From the human T2T-CHM13v2.0 reference genome, Homo sapiens, in assembly GCF_009914755.1 (NCBI RefSeq), contig NC_060931.1: 64,000 bases of DNA; one strand, given 5' to 3'. Each line of letters starts with the position of its first letter. The stretch's first letter is position 1. Both the position numbers and the translations under genes were made by a program. Under the pieces are notes generated by a model. That model saw only the letters and a list, made by a program, of their open reading frames with translations, was not told the DNA's origin and ran no database searches. Shown piece after piece: positions 26,494 through 41,181 of the stretch.

Positions 26494-29317
26494 TAAAATG
26501 CCTTTTAGAGTTCTGTTTCTTGAAAAGCTAAAAAATGTAAATAACACCCACATTTCTTTATTTTCGTTTGTATTGTGTTCAAATATCATGATTGTAGATG
26601 ATTGCAAATTGTTGTGTTGAATGTTAGAACAATGTCTTTGAATTGAACCAGCATTTTATGATCTATCACTTCCTTTACCTGAAAATCTGAGATTCTAGGT
26701 TTTGGGACTGACTCTTTTCTCATTATATGACTCCTTTGCCCACCAGACAGCATGGGTTTTATGATTTTTGTTAGAGAGATCCCCAAACATATGTGGCCAA
26801 GTTCAAAAATAAGCCTTCCATCACAGAAGTAGAAAAATTGGCAAAAAGACTATTGATAAAAAGATTGACAAGAGGATAGAACTCTTGCAATGTTAAAATA
26901 AAATGAGAAGTAAATGAGTTTTTAAAAACTATTCACCTTGGCTGAATATTTTATTTAGTCTTTGGGACTGAAGATATACTGGGTGTGACTGAGACAAAAT
27001 ATTGTGAATGGAACATCAGGTGATAAATGCTTAATCTTCTAACCAAATTCTCTATCCAGAACATTTAATCTATGTGTTATAAGACTATTCTTTAATTTCT
27101 CCTTGGTACCATGATCATAAGTTGATACTTAAGAAATAATTAATATTTCTATAGAACCCACTCTCAGTATTCCACTAAAATATAATATATCTGAAATGAA
27201 CATAGCAATCTCTTAATATTTCTAAAGTTTAAGTGCATCAGACATATTCTGCCACATGCCAAACATGACACACAGCCGGCATGGAAAATACTTTACAACT
27301 TGCTGAGCCAATTCCAGGAGAGTTAGAAAAATTCTGGATATTTTTTTTTTGAACTAGGTTTAGATGATTTATAATTTCTTAATGGTTCTGTTTACTTTCT
27401 AATGTTTTATTTTAATAAACAAAGTTTAGAGGGAGAGAGTAGTTCAGCATTAAGAGCCAGCATGAAGAAGTGCATATCATTTTTTAAAATTCAAACACTC
27501 TGCAAGAACATAGGATATCTCTTAGGCTCCCACCTTTGGTTTCCACAGCAATTTTTGGGCTTGTCTCTGGAATATTCCCTGTAAGTGACAACATTTTCAT
27601 GATTTTAATGTTTACCAGGTTTGCACTGGAGGAGGAGCAAGGGCTGGTGAATGGAAGAGATGTTTGGGATACACAAGACTCTCAGTATAAAAGTTAAAAA
27701 GTAGAGCACATCCTCATGTTGCATTCACCCTTTCTGGTCTAACTTCTTGGGTGTTATGAATACTGCTGATTTTAGACCAGAATCTTTGAAGCATAAGTAG
27801 TGTTTCCTAGAAATTGCTTTAAAGAGAAAGGATGGGATGAAAGAATTAGAGCATAGGACTGACAGATGATATGAAAGAAAATAAGACATAGATTATTTAT
27901 CAAATCAATCCATGTGAAGAAGCTTTATGGGTGGGAAAGGCCAGGAAATGATGGCAGAAATATAGTATAAATTATGACAGATATTGGTAATAACACAAAC
28001 TTTGAATTTGATGAGGGAGAAATATGATTATAAACATAAAGTATCATAAAGAAAATGTTAGGCAAATGTCATAGACTCTCTTCATCTTGATCATTTATTT
28101 CAACTCATTATTCAATCCTTAAAATTTATTTTGGTAGACATATAATTATTTTTTAGTGTTTCTTTTTAATTTAATCATTAGTTTTTGTATTCGAATATGA
28201 CCTTTTTTCTCATTAAGTGGTATGGAATGTAGCAATACAATGAAAACTTCTTAGAGGCCAGAAAACTAGATAGAAAATGATTTTAAGTTAGACTATAAAA
28301 TGTTAATTAAGAATAATATATTTTACCGTTCAAGGTGGAATGAAAACCATTTGAGAGAGGAAAGCTAGAGATTCTAGTCAGAAAGAACAACTTTATTTTT
28401 GCATCTCTTATACTGAGAAGTTGCTAAATGTCTCAGAAGTAAATAAACAAAGATTAAGGTCACACTACTAAGGTGTGGCCAGGCAAGTAAGAATCAAGAG
28501 GTATCAGTGATTCTTGGGCTGAAAGTATGCGAAGAGAAAATAATGAATTACTTATTATTGGAGTAGTTAGCATTTGTGTTGAACTACTTCATTTAAAGGA
28601 GATATCCAAAATGTATATAGGCTTTTAGTAGCAAAAATGTAAAAAGTTTGCCAGCTCATTTTTGAAAGTATCTTATTTCATATTTCTACAGCCTCTCAAA
28701 GGTTCTTTAGACAATTTGGTTTATCAATTGTTGGTTATATCTGGAGTCTACTGATAGGTTGGCAAGAGAAAAGTAACAATTTCTTTATAATGCTCGTTTG
28801 CCCAGATAAATCCTTCCTCAGAAATATACGAGTCAGATAAAAATGCAACATCATGATAACAGATGTAAGGCCACCACGTGATTCTGAGGTTCCAACACCG
28901 TTAGGTTCCCTGGCTGATGGATTCTTTACTTCTGAGGGGTATATACAAACAATGTAAAAATCTGTTATTTCCACATGAGGTTATTGGTGAATTGGACCCA
29001 TTCTTTCTTTCCCTAAAGAGTCATATTTATTCAAGTGGGTTCTGCAAGACACTGACTTTTCTTGCAGTTTCTCCTGCAATGTCCACAGAGTTTCATGTAG
29101 ATTATGGACTATGGTGATAATCGGAAGAAAGATAGTATTCTCTCTCTAGAAATATGCATATATAAGCAGACATTAAAAATCAATTATACAATTTCCCCAG
29201 GTTCATGGGCTCCCCCAAATCTTATCCTTGGAATCTGGTTTAATTAAATAGTCTTATAGTGGATGGGTCAGAATATGATTCCTTGGTGAATCCTCCGGAG
29301 GCTGCCACATAAAGTGA

Positions 29318-29762
29318 CAGCAGTGAACACTGTTGATGCTTTATCCAGATCTCCTGTTTCTATGTAACACTCTGTGCTTTCCTCCTTCAGCCCTGTGGTG
29401 CTTTTCATATCCAATACGGTTCTTTCTTAGAGGACTATCCTCAGCTGCTGGAGCCATTTTACTTTCTCCTAAAGTACCTGGGGGTACACTTAGCTGGTGA
29501 CTAGGGTACGCAGTCCCTGTGAAATCCAGCTCCGCTGCCTCACTTTGGGATAATCTCTGTTGTGTATTTTCTATTCCGGCATCCCTTGAGCGACTAAGTA
29601 AAAGCCATCTTCAGTAAAACTGCATGGACTTGTACTCTCCTTGACTTCTCCTTTCCTTTCCTGCTCTACTCTTCTTCCTTTACCCGTTTACTCTGGGAGC
29701 ATTTCATTAATAAATCACTTAGCATACAAAACATTCTCTCAGGGTTCGCTCTTTACCTAAAA
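29318..29762 (+). mobile_element. LTR16-like (ERVL) solo LTR
   Basis: aacactgttgatgctttatccagatc start; gggagcatttcattaataaatcactt...ctcagggttcgct end. Confidence 0.62.
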
Positions 29763-29893
29763 CTAACCATATAATTTAATCATCCAAACTAGGTACAATA
29801 TTGGAGAGCAAATGGGATGCTATTATCAATTATACTGTCATAAGTGGTATAAATGGCAATGATGTAGAACAAATCAGGATACGTGGTTGTACC
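29763..29893 (+). mobile_element. MER94 (hAT-Blackjack)
   Basis: taaccatataatttaatcatccaaactagg...gctattatcaattatac...aaatcaggatacgtggt. Confidence 0.6.
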
Positions 29894-30698
29894 AAGGCTA
29901 CGTGGCTTTTTACAAAGATAGCTCTTGTGAACTCTTTTATTCAAAGCCCTTCTAAGACATGGCACATCACTGAGTTGCTCTCATTAAACTCTCCTTAACA
30001 TCTTGATGTTCCTAGTATGTTACCAACATGAGTCTCTATTAGCTCATGGTTAACTGATATCCTTTTCCAGACTATCTCCTCACCCCACCTGCTACTCCAA
30101 GACTCCTCTCTTCTCATCCTACCCTTATCTTCCATACTGGGTTGTAACGTGAAGTCTGTCTTTTGTCTTGGAAATATCCTTACTTCAGTATATTCTGGAA
30201 TTTAACAACAACAAATTCCTCTTCACATATTCTTCCAGAGAGCTCAAAAGCAGAATGCAAATTGAGTTCTAGCAATAGCCCACAATATTCCATATTTCCC
30301 AAAGGAATCTAGGCAAATTGACCTCTGTAAGTGGCCATTATTACATGTGATTTTTGGATCTGTTCTGCCCTAGTTTTGACTAAACTTTTAATTTGCATAC
30401 TGAATTTAAGGAAGATACAATTATGAGATTCGATTGAGCTTCTGATGTTTGAGAATTTTAAAATTATTTACAGAATTATTGTGAGCTATTAAAATCTTAT
30501 CCTAGTGGACAATGTACACTCTCTTTGGTTTTAGTTAAATTCTAGAAGTGTAATATGTGAGTCTTCTATTGACAAAACAAAAAGCCCTTTCATTAAAAAT
30601 AATATTGTATTGCAATAAACCCTATTTTTTTAGATTAAGAATTCTTGTCTCAAAATGTTTACCTTCTCTTATGATATACTAGCCACATTTTACAAATA

Positions 30699-30931
30699 TA
30701 GTTGGCCCTTGAAGGCCACAGGTTTGAACTGCTCAGGTATACATATACACAGACTTTTTTCAACCAAACACATATTTTAAATACGGTATTCATACAATGA
30801 GAAACCGGCATTTACAAGGAGCCTTTTCTCATATGCAGTTTCCATAGGGCTGACTGGGACTTGAATATGTGGGGATTTTGGTATAAGCAGGAGTCATGGA
30901 TCCAATCTCTTGCATATACCGAGAATGACTA
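30699..30931. mobile_element. MER8 / Tigger2-derived MITE
   Basis: tagttggcccttgaa...ggtttgaactgc...ggattttggtata...atataccgagaatgacta; TA flanks on both sides. Confidence 0.75.
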
Positions 30932-31007
30932 TATAAACTATATAAACAATCATCTCTTAGCTATAGGTCTGAATGGACCTAATTCAGTTTTAGAATTATC
31001 CAGTTGA

Positions 31008-31356
31008 CTATGCAGCCATAAAAAAGCACTAGATCATGTCTTTTGCGGGAACATGGGTGGAGCTGGAGGCTATTATCCTTAGCAAGCTAATGCAGGAACA
31101 GAAAACCAAATACTGCATGTTCTCACTGAGGAGTGGGAGCTAAATAATAAGAACGTAAAACACAAAGAAGGAAACAACAGACCTCCCGGGGTCTACTTCA
31201 GTGGGGAGGGTGGGAGGAAGGAGAGGAGCAGAAAAGACAACTATTGGCTTATTACCTGGGTGATGAAATAATATATACAACAAACTCTTGTGACATGTGT
31301 TTACCTGTACAACAAAACTTTACATGTACCTCCTAACCTAAAATAAAAGTTAAAAA
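31008..31356 (+). mobile_element. 5'-truncated L1PA12/13-like with TSD
   Basis: 3' UTR gagaggagcagaaaagacaactattgg...aacctaaaataaaagtt; perfect 14-bp TSD aattatccagttga at 30994-31007 and 31357-31370; TTTT/AG endonuclease site. Confidence 0.92.
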
Positions 31357-32015
31357 AATTATCCAGTTGATTCCAAAAAACCAGAATGTAACTGAATTCA
31401 TTGTAGGTATGAAGATACTTAAACCTAGTCAATATAAGCAATTTATAGAGGCTAAAATGGATTGAAATGTAGACTTTTGTCAGTATAGGATAAAAATTAC
31501 CTCCACAGCAAATAGAACTCAATCAAATCAGAATCATAATCCAGTTTTAAAATAGACAGATTTAAGTAATAAGTTGTTTGATGATACAATGATTAGGATA
31601 CTGTTTGATTTCAAAGAAGCACTGCAATGAAGTTTTGTAATACAGATTGGAATCTCATAATCAAGCCAGTGATCTCTTGTTCTTTCTCAGCCCAAAGTAA
31701 ATACCATTTATGAATTGGATATCTTTCCAAAACAAAGATATAATTAAACTCAGGAGGTAGAGAATATAAAATAAAATAAATTGAGTGTGTAAAATAATTA
31801 AATTTTGTCTAAGAGCCAATTAGGCATGGAATATTGACAGTTCTTGTAATTTCAATGTAATGTTACCATTTGGCATAATAAAGCCATTAATTCAAATATA
31901 AAAATAAATATCAATTATGAAAATGTACATTTTTACTACCAGAGAATTTTAAGCACATTAATTATACTTTAAAAATTATCTTAAGTCTTCACAGTATTTA
32001 CACAGGGTTAGCTGT

Positions 32016-32462
32016 TGTATTAGGGTTCTCTTAGAGGGCCAGAACTAATAGGATAGGATTATAGGATATAGGATATTTATATATATATGGGGCTTTATTA
32101 AGTATTAACAATCACAAGGTCCCATAGTAGGCTGTCTGTAAGCTGAGGAGCAAGAAGAGCCAGTCTGAGTCTCAAAACTGAAGAATTTGGAGTCCAATGT
32201 TCGAGGGCAGGAAGCATCCAGCACTGGAGAAAGCTGTAGGCTGGGAGGCTAGGCTTATCTCTCCTTTTCACGTGTTTCTGCCTGCTTTATATTCACTGGA
32301 ACCTGATTAGATTGTGCCCACCAGATTAAGGATGAGTCTGCCTTCCCCAGCCCACTGACTCAAATGTTAATCTCTTTTGGCAACACCCACACAGACATAC
32401 CCAGGATTAATACTTTGTATCCCTCAATCCAATCAAGTTGACAGTCAGTATTAACCATTACA
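32016..32462 (-). mobile_element. MLT2A1 (HERV-L) solo LTR
   Basis: tgtattagggttctcttagaggg...ttcgagggcaggaagcatccagc...caatccaatcaagttgacagtcagtattaaccattaca; perfect 5-bp TSD GCTGT at 32011-32015 and 32463-32467. Confidence 0.92.
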
Positions 32463-35232
32463 GCTGTGTGACAATCTTATTCCTAAAAAGTTTAAAAAGA
32501 AACTATTTTACTTTATCTGATACTTATACCAAAATGCCTCTTAGAGGATAGGATACTTAATACATTAAGAATTACTAGTACATTGAATTAGCAAGGAATG
32601 AATTTTCCTTACCATTATTATTGTTATTATCCCAAGTATAAGTCAGGATTTTTGGAGTTGTTTACATATGACAGTGAGCATAGCCTCATTTTCCATAATG
32701 ACATGTGGCCTATATATATACATATATATGAGAAGAGATATATAGTTATATCTTTTAATCTTTTAAACTAATATGTATATATCTATATATATCTATATAT
32801 AACCTACATGAGAAAAAAACCTGCATGATTGAAAGAGATTTATCTCTAAGAATACTTATCTCACGTCATAGGTTTAGCCTTTGCACAAGAAAACAAATAG
32901 AAGAGAAAATATTGTTATATGTCTTTTGTTTTCCCAAATCATCTAACAATAAATATGAACAACAGGATCATCTGTTTGTAGCCAATTTATGTTGTTTTCA
33001 TATTTAAGGGAGATATGAGGGATAATGGCAAAATCGTTAAGAGGATGCATATAAATTACACAGTTTGCTAATGTTCAAAATTTTAAAGTTTATTATTGTC
33101 TTATTAGGTATGGAATTGGTCTTTGTTTTAGAAGAGCCCTTGCCAATAATTTAGCTAAAACTTGGGCTCTTATCATATCATAAAGCATTCTTCCAACCTT
33201 CTTCTGCCCTATTGTTTCCTTCTGTCATCAGTCAGCCATAATGATAATTTCTTAAGAGCCAAATCACAAAAGCATAAAGCAATAACAGATTAAGGTGTCG
33301 TGCCTCTTCTCAGTCATTGTGACACTCACTCTCTCAGCTGACTCCACAGAATATTCATTTGCCCTTCTTCCACTTATGTTGTACTTACTGGATTAGGGAA
33401 ATAATTAATTTTAGAAGTCATATTTCTATAATTTCCCATATGTCAAATTTTAATTATTATACCGTATGGATTGAGATCTTAACTGTGTCAACAATGATAA
33501 ATATGTTAGCCTAATTCGTATAACTCATTTTGATTTTAAAGTGAGTGTGATACACATAGTGAAGTGTTTCTCAATAATATCAAATCTGAATAGCAGAAAA
33601 TATCTTCTTTGCATTTGAACTGTTCAGCTCTAATCCTATTTCATGACTCTGTGTTTTTGTTAAAAAAGATGGAATTGACACTCAATCACCGTGATTATTT
33701 TGAACTTATTGAAAAAGACCAACAATAAAATCATCATTTTTCTGTAGATACAGATGCACATCTGTGGACTCACCACTCTTTGATTAATTCAGTTTTTTTT
33801 TTAAAGTAGAATTTAAAAGCAGACAGTAAAGTTTCCTATTAATGGTGATAGAGCATTATGAAATATTTGTGTAGTTGTTATTTTTTATGTTTGGGGGCTT
33901 TTATGTCTTTATTTCCCATATGAATTTTTTATTACACTAATAGCATATTAATGGATATTATAAAACACACCTGCAATATTTTTAATGCTTTATGATAAAT
34001 TTGAAATAAATTATAGTAGATTGTAATAGTCATACATTGGGAGAGGGAAACATTAATTTTTTTCAGATATTATCAATTACCTGAATGAAATAGCAGCAAT
34101 CAGTGGAACATGGTTTTAAACAGTATCAGTCAATAGTCAACATACACTTTGTGTATCATACTAACTTTAAAAATAACATTGGTAGAAGGAAGATTAGCTA
34201 AAACTTACAAGGAATCTAATGCAATTTTGCAAGTTGCCTCACCTTGCTTTTCTTAGAGAACAAGAACTAGTGATCTAAGGAACAAATTATTTCACTCAGA
34301 AAGCATTTATATCACAGAATTTTAGAGCTAGATGAGCTCTTGGCATTCATTATTTATGGAAAATTCCTAGTCATCCTTTAAAACTTTAGGAATGTTTACA
34401 CTTTGCTCAGTCTTTCCTACCACCTAGGATCAAGATAAATATTCTTTTTTTTCTGTTCTTTCTTGAGTTACTTCACATATAAACTTAATGATTATTTTAT
34501 CATGTGACTATCTTTATGAATCTTATTTGTATTTATATCACCAACTTTAAATACAGGAACTGACAGAATGTATTTGCTTAACATATGTCTAAGAAATGGA
34601 TAAATGAATTAATGAAGAATTATTGAAATGACTTGCTAGTGATACTTGTGGCAATACTTTGATGTAAGTTTTATGCTCATGCAATTCAGCTTCTAATATC
34701 CTCCTGGGTAAACCTTTAAGATTTTATATCCTTTGGCTGCAAACAAATGATACATACATTGCACAAATCAGTCTAATTAACCACGGATATATTGTTGTCT
34801 CTTCAACTAACATGCATAAATCCCATTGTGGATTTTATAGGAAATACATCTATGTAGTTCTTCATGAATGAAGCTATGAAAAGAATTATTTAAATTGTGT
34901 ATATTGATAGATTTGCAATTGTACTCATGTTACTGGAATCACAGTGATGATGAATTTTAATTTATTCTTTTAAAGAACATAATAAAAATTAGCCTAAATT
35001 ATTTTTGATGTTCTATGTTATTTAATTTTTATCTGGTATTCATTAACTCTACATAAAAATTGACATACAAAAAACCCAGTAATGATCTAGTGATTGTTTT
35101 AAACTGGGTTTTAACTCCAGGAATTGGAGTGAGCTAACAGAACGTAGGAGAAAGAAGCAATACATCTTGGACTTCTAAGTGGTCTTGTTACTTCTAATTT
35201 GACTTCCTTCTGATCCATGAGCCATACTCCGG

Positions 35233-35420
35233 TGTTTGTGAACTACTATTCTTTGCCAGGCACTGTTCTAAGAGCTTTATATGTATTTAGGCCTCATAAA
35301 CCCAAGAGATAAGTATATTCCTCTCTGTCTTGTGCAGCATATAGAAACTGAGATAGAAAGGTTGCTGAAGGTCACACAACCAAAAAATGAGGGAGTTGAT
35401 TCTAAGCCAGACACTCTTAA
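35233..35420 (-). mobile_element. MIR
   Basis: tgccaggcactgttctaagagctttat...gaaactgagata...aaggtcacaca. Confidence 0.7.
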
Positions 35421-36316
35421 TGGAGGTGCAATGCCCTTGTCCACTATAGGGTAGATACTATAGCCTTGTACTGCTTTTATACTGTGAACTGCTTTGACCC
35501 TCAAACTGTGGGTTATTAACCTCTGAAAACAGCACACACTTACGTAAAGCAAGTGGTTTAGAGCCATCTATTTCAATATTTGTTCATTGCTATCTTTTTG
35601 GTCAACAAAATTATTTTCATGTTTTATACTTAAATGATAAAATTTAAATGAATTTCCTGTCAATTTTATTTTAAAACTTTATTTAAAGCTTACCATGTTT
35701 TTACTTTTCTCTCCTTTGACTGAGCTCAGCTATACATTCATTTCTGCTTTCTCCCCCAAAGACATGCCTTGAGGTTTTGTGAATATGATGTTAATAAGTA
35801 ATTAATTTTGTGTACCTGGAGAATAACATGTTCACACAGCAGGTGTGACATTATTTTGAAAAATGTTCTGCTAAACAGAGCCGAAGAGAAATGAATTTGC
35901 ATATAGCTTAAGTCTGGCTTTGTTTTTTTTTTTTTATCTTAAAGTGATATTTCATTCATCTGTTGGATTAATGCAAAAAATGCAATAAAACTCTCATACA
36001 TATGAGTCATCCACTAAGTAATTCTTCACCATGTGATGGTTTATCATAGAAGCCTGATACATTGTAATTTTTAAAATTTAACCTGGGTACCAACCTGAGT
36101 CCATGTACCTTTCCACAGGGAGACTGAAGCTAAAAGTCTTTGAATTCTTACTAATATTGGTCAGACATAGTTTTAATTTTATATCTTCACAGATAGCAGA
36201 CAGAATGACACTAAAATGACCCTGAGAAATATTAAACACACCCCAAACCCTGTTCGTCCATCAGGTTGTCAAAGTTATCCTGTAATATCTAAATGTTCAA
36301 TAATGTGAACTTTTTC

Positions 36317-36691
36317 TGATATAGTTTGGCTCTGTGTTCCCACCCAAATCTCATTTGGTAGTGTAATCCTCATAATCCCCATGTGTCAAGGGCAGGACCA
36401 GGTGGAGGTAACTGATCATGGGGGCAGTTTCCCCCATGCTTTTCTTGCGATAATGAGTGAGTCTCATGAGATCTGATGGTTTTATAAAGGGCTGGCATTT
36501 CCCCCGCTTGCACTTCTCCTTGCTGCCACCTTGTGAAGAAGGTGCCATGATTCCTCTTCACCTTCCACCATGATTGTAAGTTTCCTGAGGCCTCCCCAGC
36601 CATGGTAAACTGCTAGTCAATTAAACCTCTTTCCTTTATAAATTACCTAGTCTTGGGCAGTTCTTTATAGCAGTATGGAAATGGACTAACA
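36317..36691 (+). mobile_element. THE1D LTR
   Basis: tgatatagtttggctctgtgttcccacccaaatctc...ggcatttcccccgcttgcac...gggcagttctttatagcagtatggaaatggactaac; no TSD found. Confidence 0.88.
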
Positions 36692-36758
36692 GATATAATG
36701 CTGTTAAAGAGACTACAGGCTCAGGAAGAAGAATAATTAATAGATCAATAAACCTTGG

Positions 36759-36936
36759 TTCTCTCTCTCTCTCTTCTTCCCTCCCTCCATCCCCCTCTCT
36801 CTTTCTTCCTTTCTTTTCTTCTTTTCTTTTCTCTTTCTTTTTCCTCCCTCCCTCGTTTCTTTCTTTCCTTTCTTTCTTTTCCCTTTCTTTCTTCCTTCCT
36901 TCCTTCCCTCCCTCCCTCCCTCCCTCCCTCCCTCCC

Positions 36937-37015
<79 letters not shown>

Positions 37016-37016
37016 C
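36759..37016. repeat. ~260-bp polypyrimidine tract ending in (CCCT)n(CTTT)~19
   Basis: Read directly; source of the three low-complexity ORFs. Confidence 0.95.
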
Positions 37017-37049
37017 CATTAGGCATTTCTTCCCTTCATCCTTCTATTT

Positions 37050-37172
37050 GTCCAAACATCTTTCAACAAAGATTTTTGAGCACCAATTATTTTCCAGGTA
37101 TTGCATTATTTACTTGGTATTTATAATTAAATAACATTGACAAGGGTTCCTGCTCTCCTGGAAATTGCATTG
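37050..37172 (-). mobile_element. L2 3' end fragment
   Basis: ttcaacaaagatttttgagcaccaattattttccagg...gacaagggttcctgctctcctgga. Confidence 0.65.
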
Positions 37173-38624
37173 ACATCATTCTCAGAACAAAATTTCCCTA
37201 GCTAGATGTGTCATGGGTATCAGAGCAGAATGAAAATGGAATAATACGTAGGCTTCGAAACAGAAGTGTGCCCATAATGAATAGTGGACATAAATATTAT
37301 GTGATTAGCAGTTTTTATCAGTGAGGCTGCTGACCTTTGCATCAACATCACAGTGTTTTACCATTGTTGTTTATGATCAAAACTGAATTTAGACTGAAAT
37401 TCTGAAAGCTGAGTCCAGATAAAATGGCTCAGATTCAGAAACTCATCTACAGTTTGCAAGGCTCACCAAAGGACTGACCATTTATAACATTAAAAGACCT
37501 CATATTTCCACCTATGTTGAGATAGATGAATGTTTCTTTGCCAGTTGTTAATTTATGTGATTTTCTGATTTGCCTTTTATTGAAACATATTTGGTCCTGT
37601 CATGGATAGCTTCTAGTGATTTTAAATGAGGAGTGAGAGGTAAAACCTTCTTAGGCAGAGTCCTGAATAATATCTGAAATAGCTGAAAGACCTGCAGTTG
37701 TGCTCTGATCTTTCCGTTGTTTGAGCTCCTACATCAACTGCTTGAGTGGCTTGATTCTTACTGCTAAGAAGCAAAACCACTCATTTACATATCAACAGGA
37801 ACTTTCTAAGTGGCAGGTTGTTAGAATTTTGTGGTGTGGAAGAAGCAGTGTTGATGAGTCATCAACAGTTGTTTGCTATATTTAAATTATCCACTGTTTA
37901 ATTATTAGTATACTGTAATGACAAGCTTTCTTTAGTGCCCTGGAAATAAAAATGAAGCCTATTACTAAATTCCACACTAAGCACTATGTATTTTTTCCAG
38001 ACAAAATGCAATTAGCACAACACTGTTTAATAATGCAGTTTTAAAATAATGCAGTATGTAATAATATTAGCCCACTGCTATTAAGTGACTATCTAATATA
38101 ACAAAGCAGGAAACATACAAGGCAAAAACTACTCCAAATGTTTTTAGGAGTTGATTAGAATTCAGTATTACCTAATACCTCATAACAATATGAAGTAATA
38201 GATTTTTCTTAGGAAAATAATTCTGAATTTTCTGAAAAAAATACTATATTCTGGGTAAACTGTGATATCATTCAGGCAGCATGAATTTCTGTGTGGTTTA
38301 TTAAATTTACATGTTCTTAGTTTTTTGTAGAGGTACGTACAAAACTGTTTTATAAAAAACAGAATTTTAAAGTAACTCTACCTGGGACAGGATTGAATGT
38401 ATAGGTGGCTTTTTGTTTGAGCCATTTCAGTGCAATATTTCCTCCTGCTAAGAAAAATAAAGTAAAATAATTTGGATCTGCTGAAAAATATGCTTTGAAG
38501 ATTCAAAATACTTTATAGCTTGAAACCCATAGGGCAAGTAAGATGATTAGTAGCTTTAGTAACGACATTTGAAATTAATACTAATATATGCATCTGAAAT
38601 GCTATTTTTTTCTGTTATATTTAA

Positions 38625-39094
38625 CATTCATTTCAGCATTTATTGATCTTCCGCTATGTTGAAGACACTGCGTCAAGAAACTTGGGAGACACAAAGTAAA
38701 AGGAGAATAAACAACGAACATGCTCTGAAAGCAAGCTTAATATTTGGCAGGTAGTAGGATGGGTGATAAAATTTCACTATGATTCAAGGCAGAATATAGT
38801 AAATGCTTCACCAGAAGTATACACGGAAGACAGGGAGAATCCAAAGGAAAGAATAATTAAAACATCTAATGGGTGTGTTTCTCTGGGACTTAAAGGAAAA
38901 GCAAATTCTTATGGGTGAATAATTAGCAAAATATATTGTCTATTGTAGACTGAAGGAATAGCATAGGAAAATGAATATACTGCTTAGGAAAAAAATAATC
39001 TCCAAGAATTGGGGTATAATGAATTGGATGTTGTGGCTGTACGCATGGAGAAAGATGTAGAGCAAGTTGGAATGTGGAAATTCTTGAATGCCAT
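38625..39094 (-). mobile_element. L2 fragment
   Basis: cattcatttcagcatttattgatcttccgctatgt...ttcttgaatgcca. Confidence 0.55.
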
Positions 39095-39420
39095 GTGTCT
39101 TACCCATACCCTAGAAAACAGAACCTGGGCAAAGCTTACATGCTCTAGTATTATTGGATATTTCACTCCTAGGAAATTTAGAGCATGGGAAAGTGCAAGT
39201 GAGGCAGGCAAGATGGAAATAAAATGTAAGATATTGCATTACTGAGTTGTCACCTGTTTTACAAGAAATCACAGCTGGATGTTTGGTCAAGCAGGACATC
39301 TCCAAAGAGGCCATATGGAACAACTGCATCTCAATGCAGTCTGTCACAGGGTAGAAGGTGAACAATTTTTCTCCTGTCTGCTTCCCATTTTCTATCTCCC
39401 ATAGATCAAAATTCAACCCA
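39095..39420 (-). mobile_element. Old ERVL-class LTR (LTR33/LTR67-like)
   Basis: tgtctta...ccctagaaaacagaacctgggcaaagcttacatgct...ttattgg...gtgaggcagg. Confidence 0.5.
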
Positions 39421-39421
39421 T

Positions 39422-39556
39422 AAGTGATGATAGTGTCCTAAAATTAGATAGTGGTGATTTTTGCACAACTCTGAATATATGAAAAACCACTGAATTGTAC
39501 ACATCAAAATGGTGAATTTTATAGCATGTGGCTCATATCTTAATTAATTATAAAAA
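39422..39556 (+). mobile_element. Short L1MB 3' terminus with TSD
   Basis: gtgatgatagtgtcctaaaattagatagtggtgat...aaaaaccactgaattgtacac; TSD-like aaattcaacccat / aaatcaatccat. Confidence 0.8.
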
Positions 39557-40226
39557 AATCAATCCATCACAAGCTAGAACGTTTTTGGGGCCCAATTAAA
39601 TTGGACTTAGGAATTACAGCTTCTGTAGGTTCTGTATGAAACATAGCAACTCAGATAAGCTCAAGTCCTGTTCCCACCTTTATGAACAACTGAGACAGTT
39701 ATCAGTGTGAGAAGATGGAGTGAAGATTACTGTGGTTATAGCACTGTTACTTAAGAAATGATTTGATCCTCCACTCAGATTAGGAAACAAAGTTATTGGA
39801 CAAAGCCCAGAAAAATAGTTAAAACTAAAAATATCTGGGAAGATGCATAAACCAGATCCAATATAGCTTCGTTGTAATCTATTCTGATCAGTTGCACCCT
39901 CTAATATGAGAATAAGATGCCTTTACTTTCAAAATGGTTTATTGTAATCACCTAAAAAAGGCTTAGAAAAAATTAAGAAATCAAACTGCAGTTTCCATCG
40001 CTGCATCAGATCTTGAGCTCTGAGATTAAAGATAGTCACAGATCCTTTGCTCCTCTGCTCCTCCTTCCATTAAGAGGTGGAATCCAATTACCCTCCTGTT
40101 GAATATGGGCTGGTCTTAGTGATTTTCTTGACTAGCATAATGAAAAAGAACTGACTTTCTGGTACTTGGTTCTAGGAGCAATAAAGACTTGCAGCTTCCA
40201 TCCTAATCTTAGAACACTCCCTCCCA

Positions 40227-41116
<890 letters not shown>

Positions 41117-41181
41117 TGTTTTTAAGTCACAGAGTTTTGGAGGTCATTTGTGGTGCTGTAGTAGAAAACTATAATTGATAT

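Noticed and set aside
36636-37126. Three ORFs of 93-127 aa (KER- or SFFL-rich)
   Set aside because: Translations of the polypyrimidine repeat.
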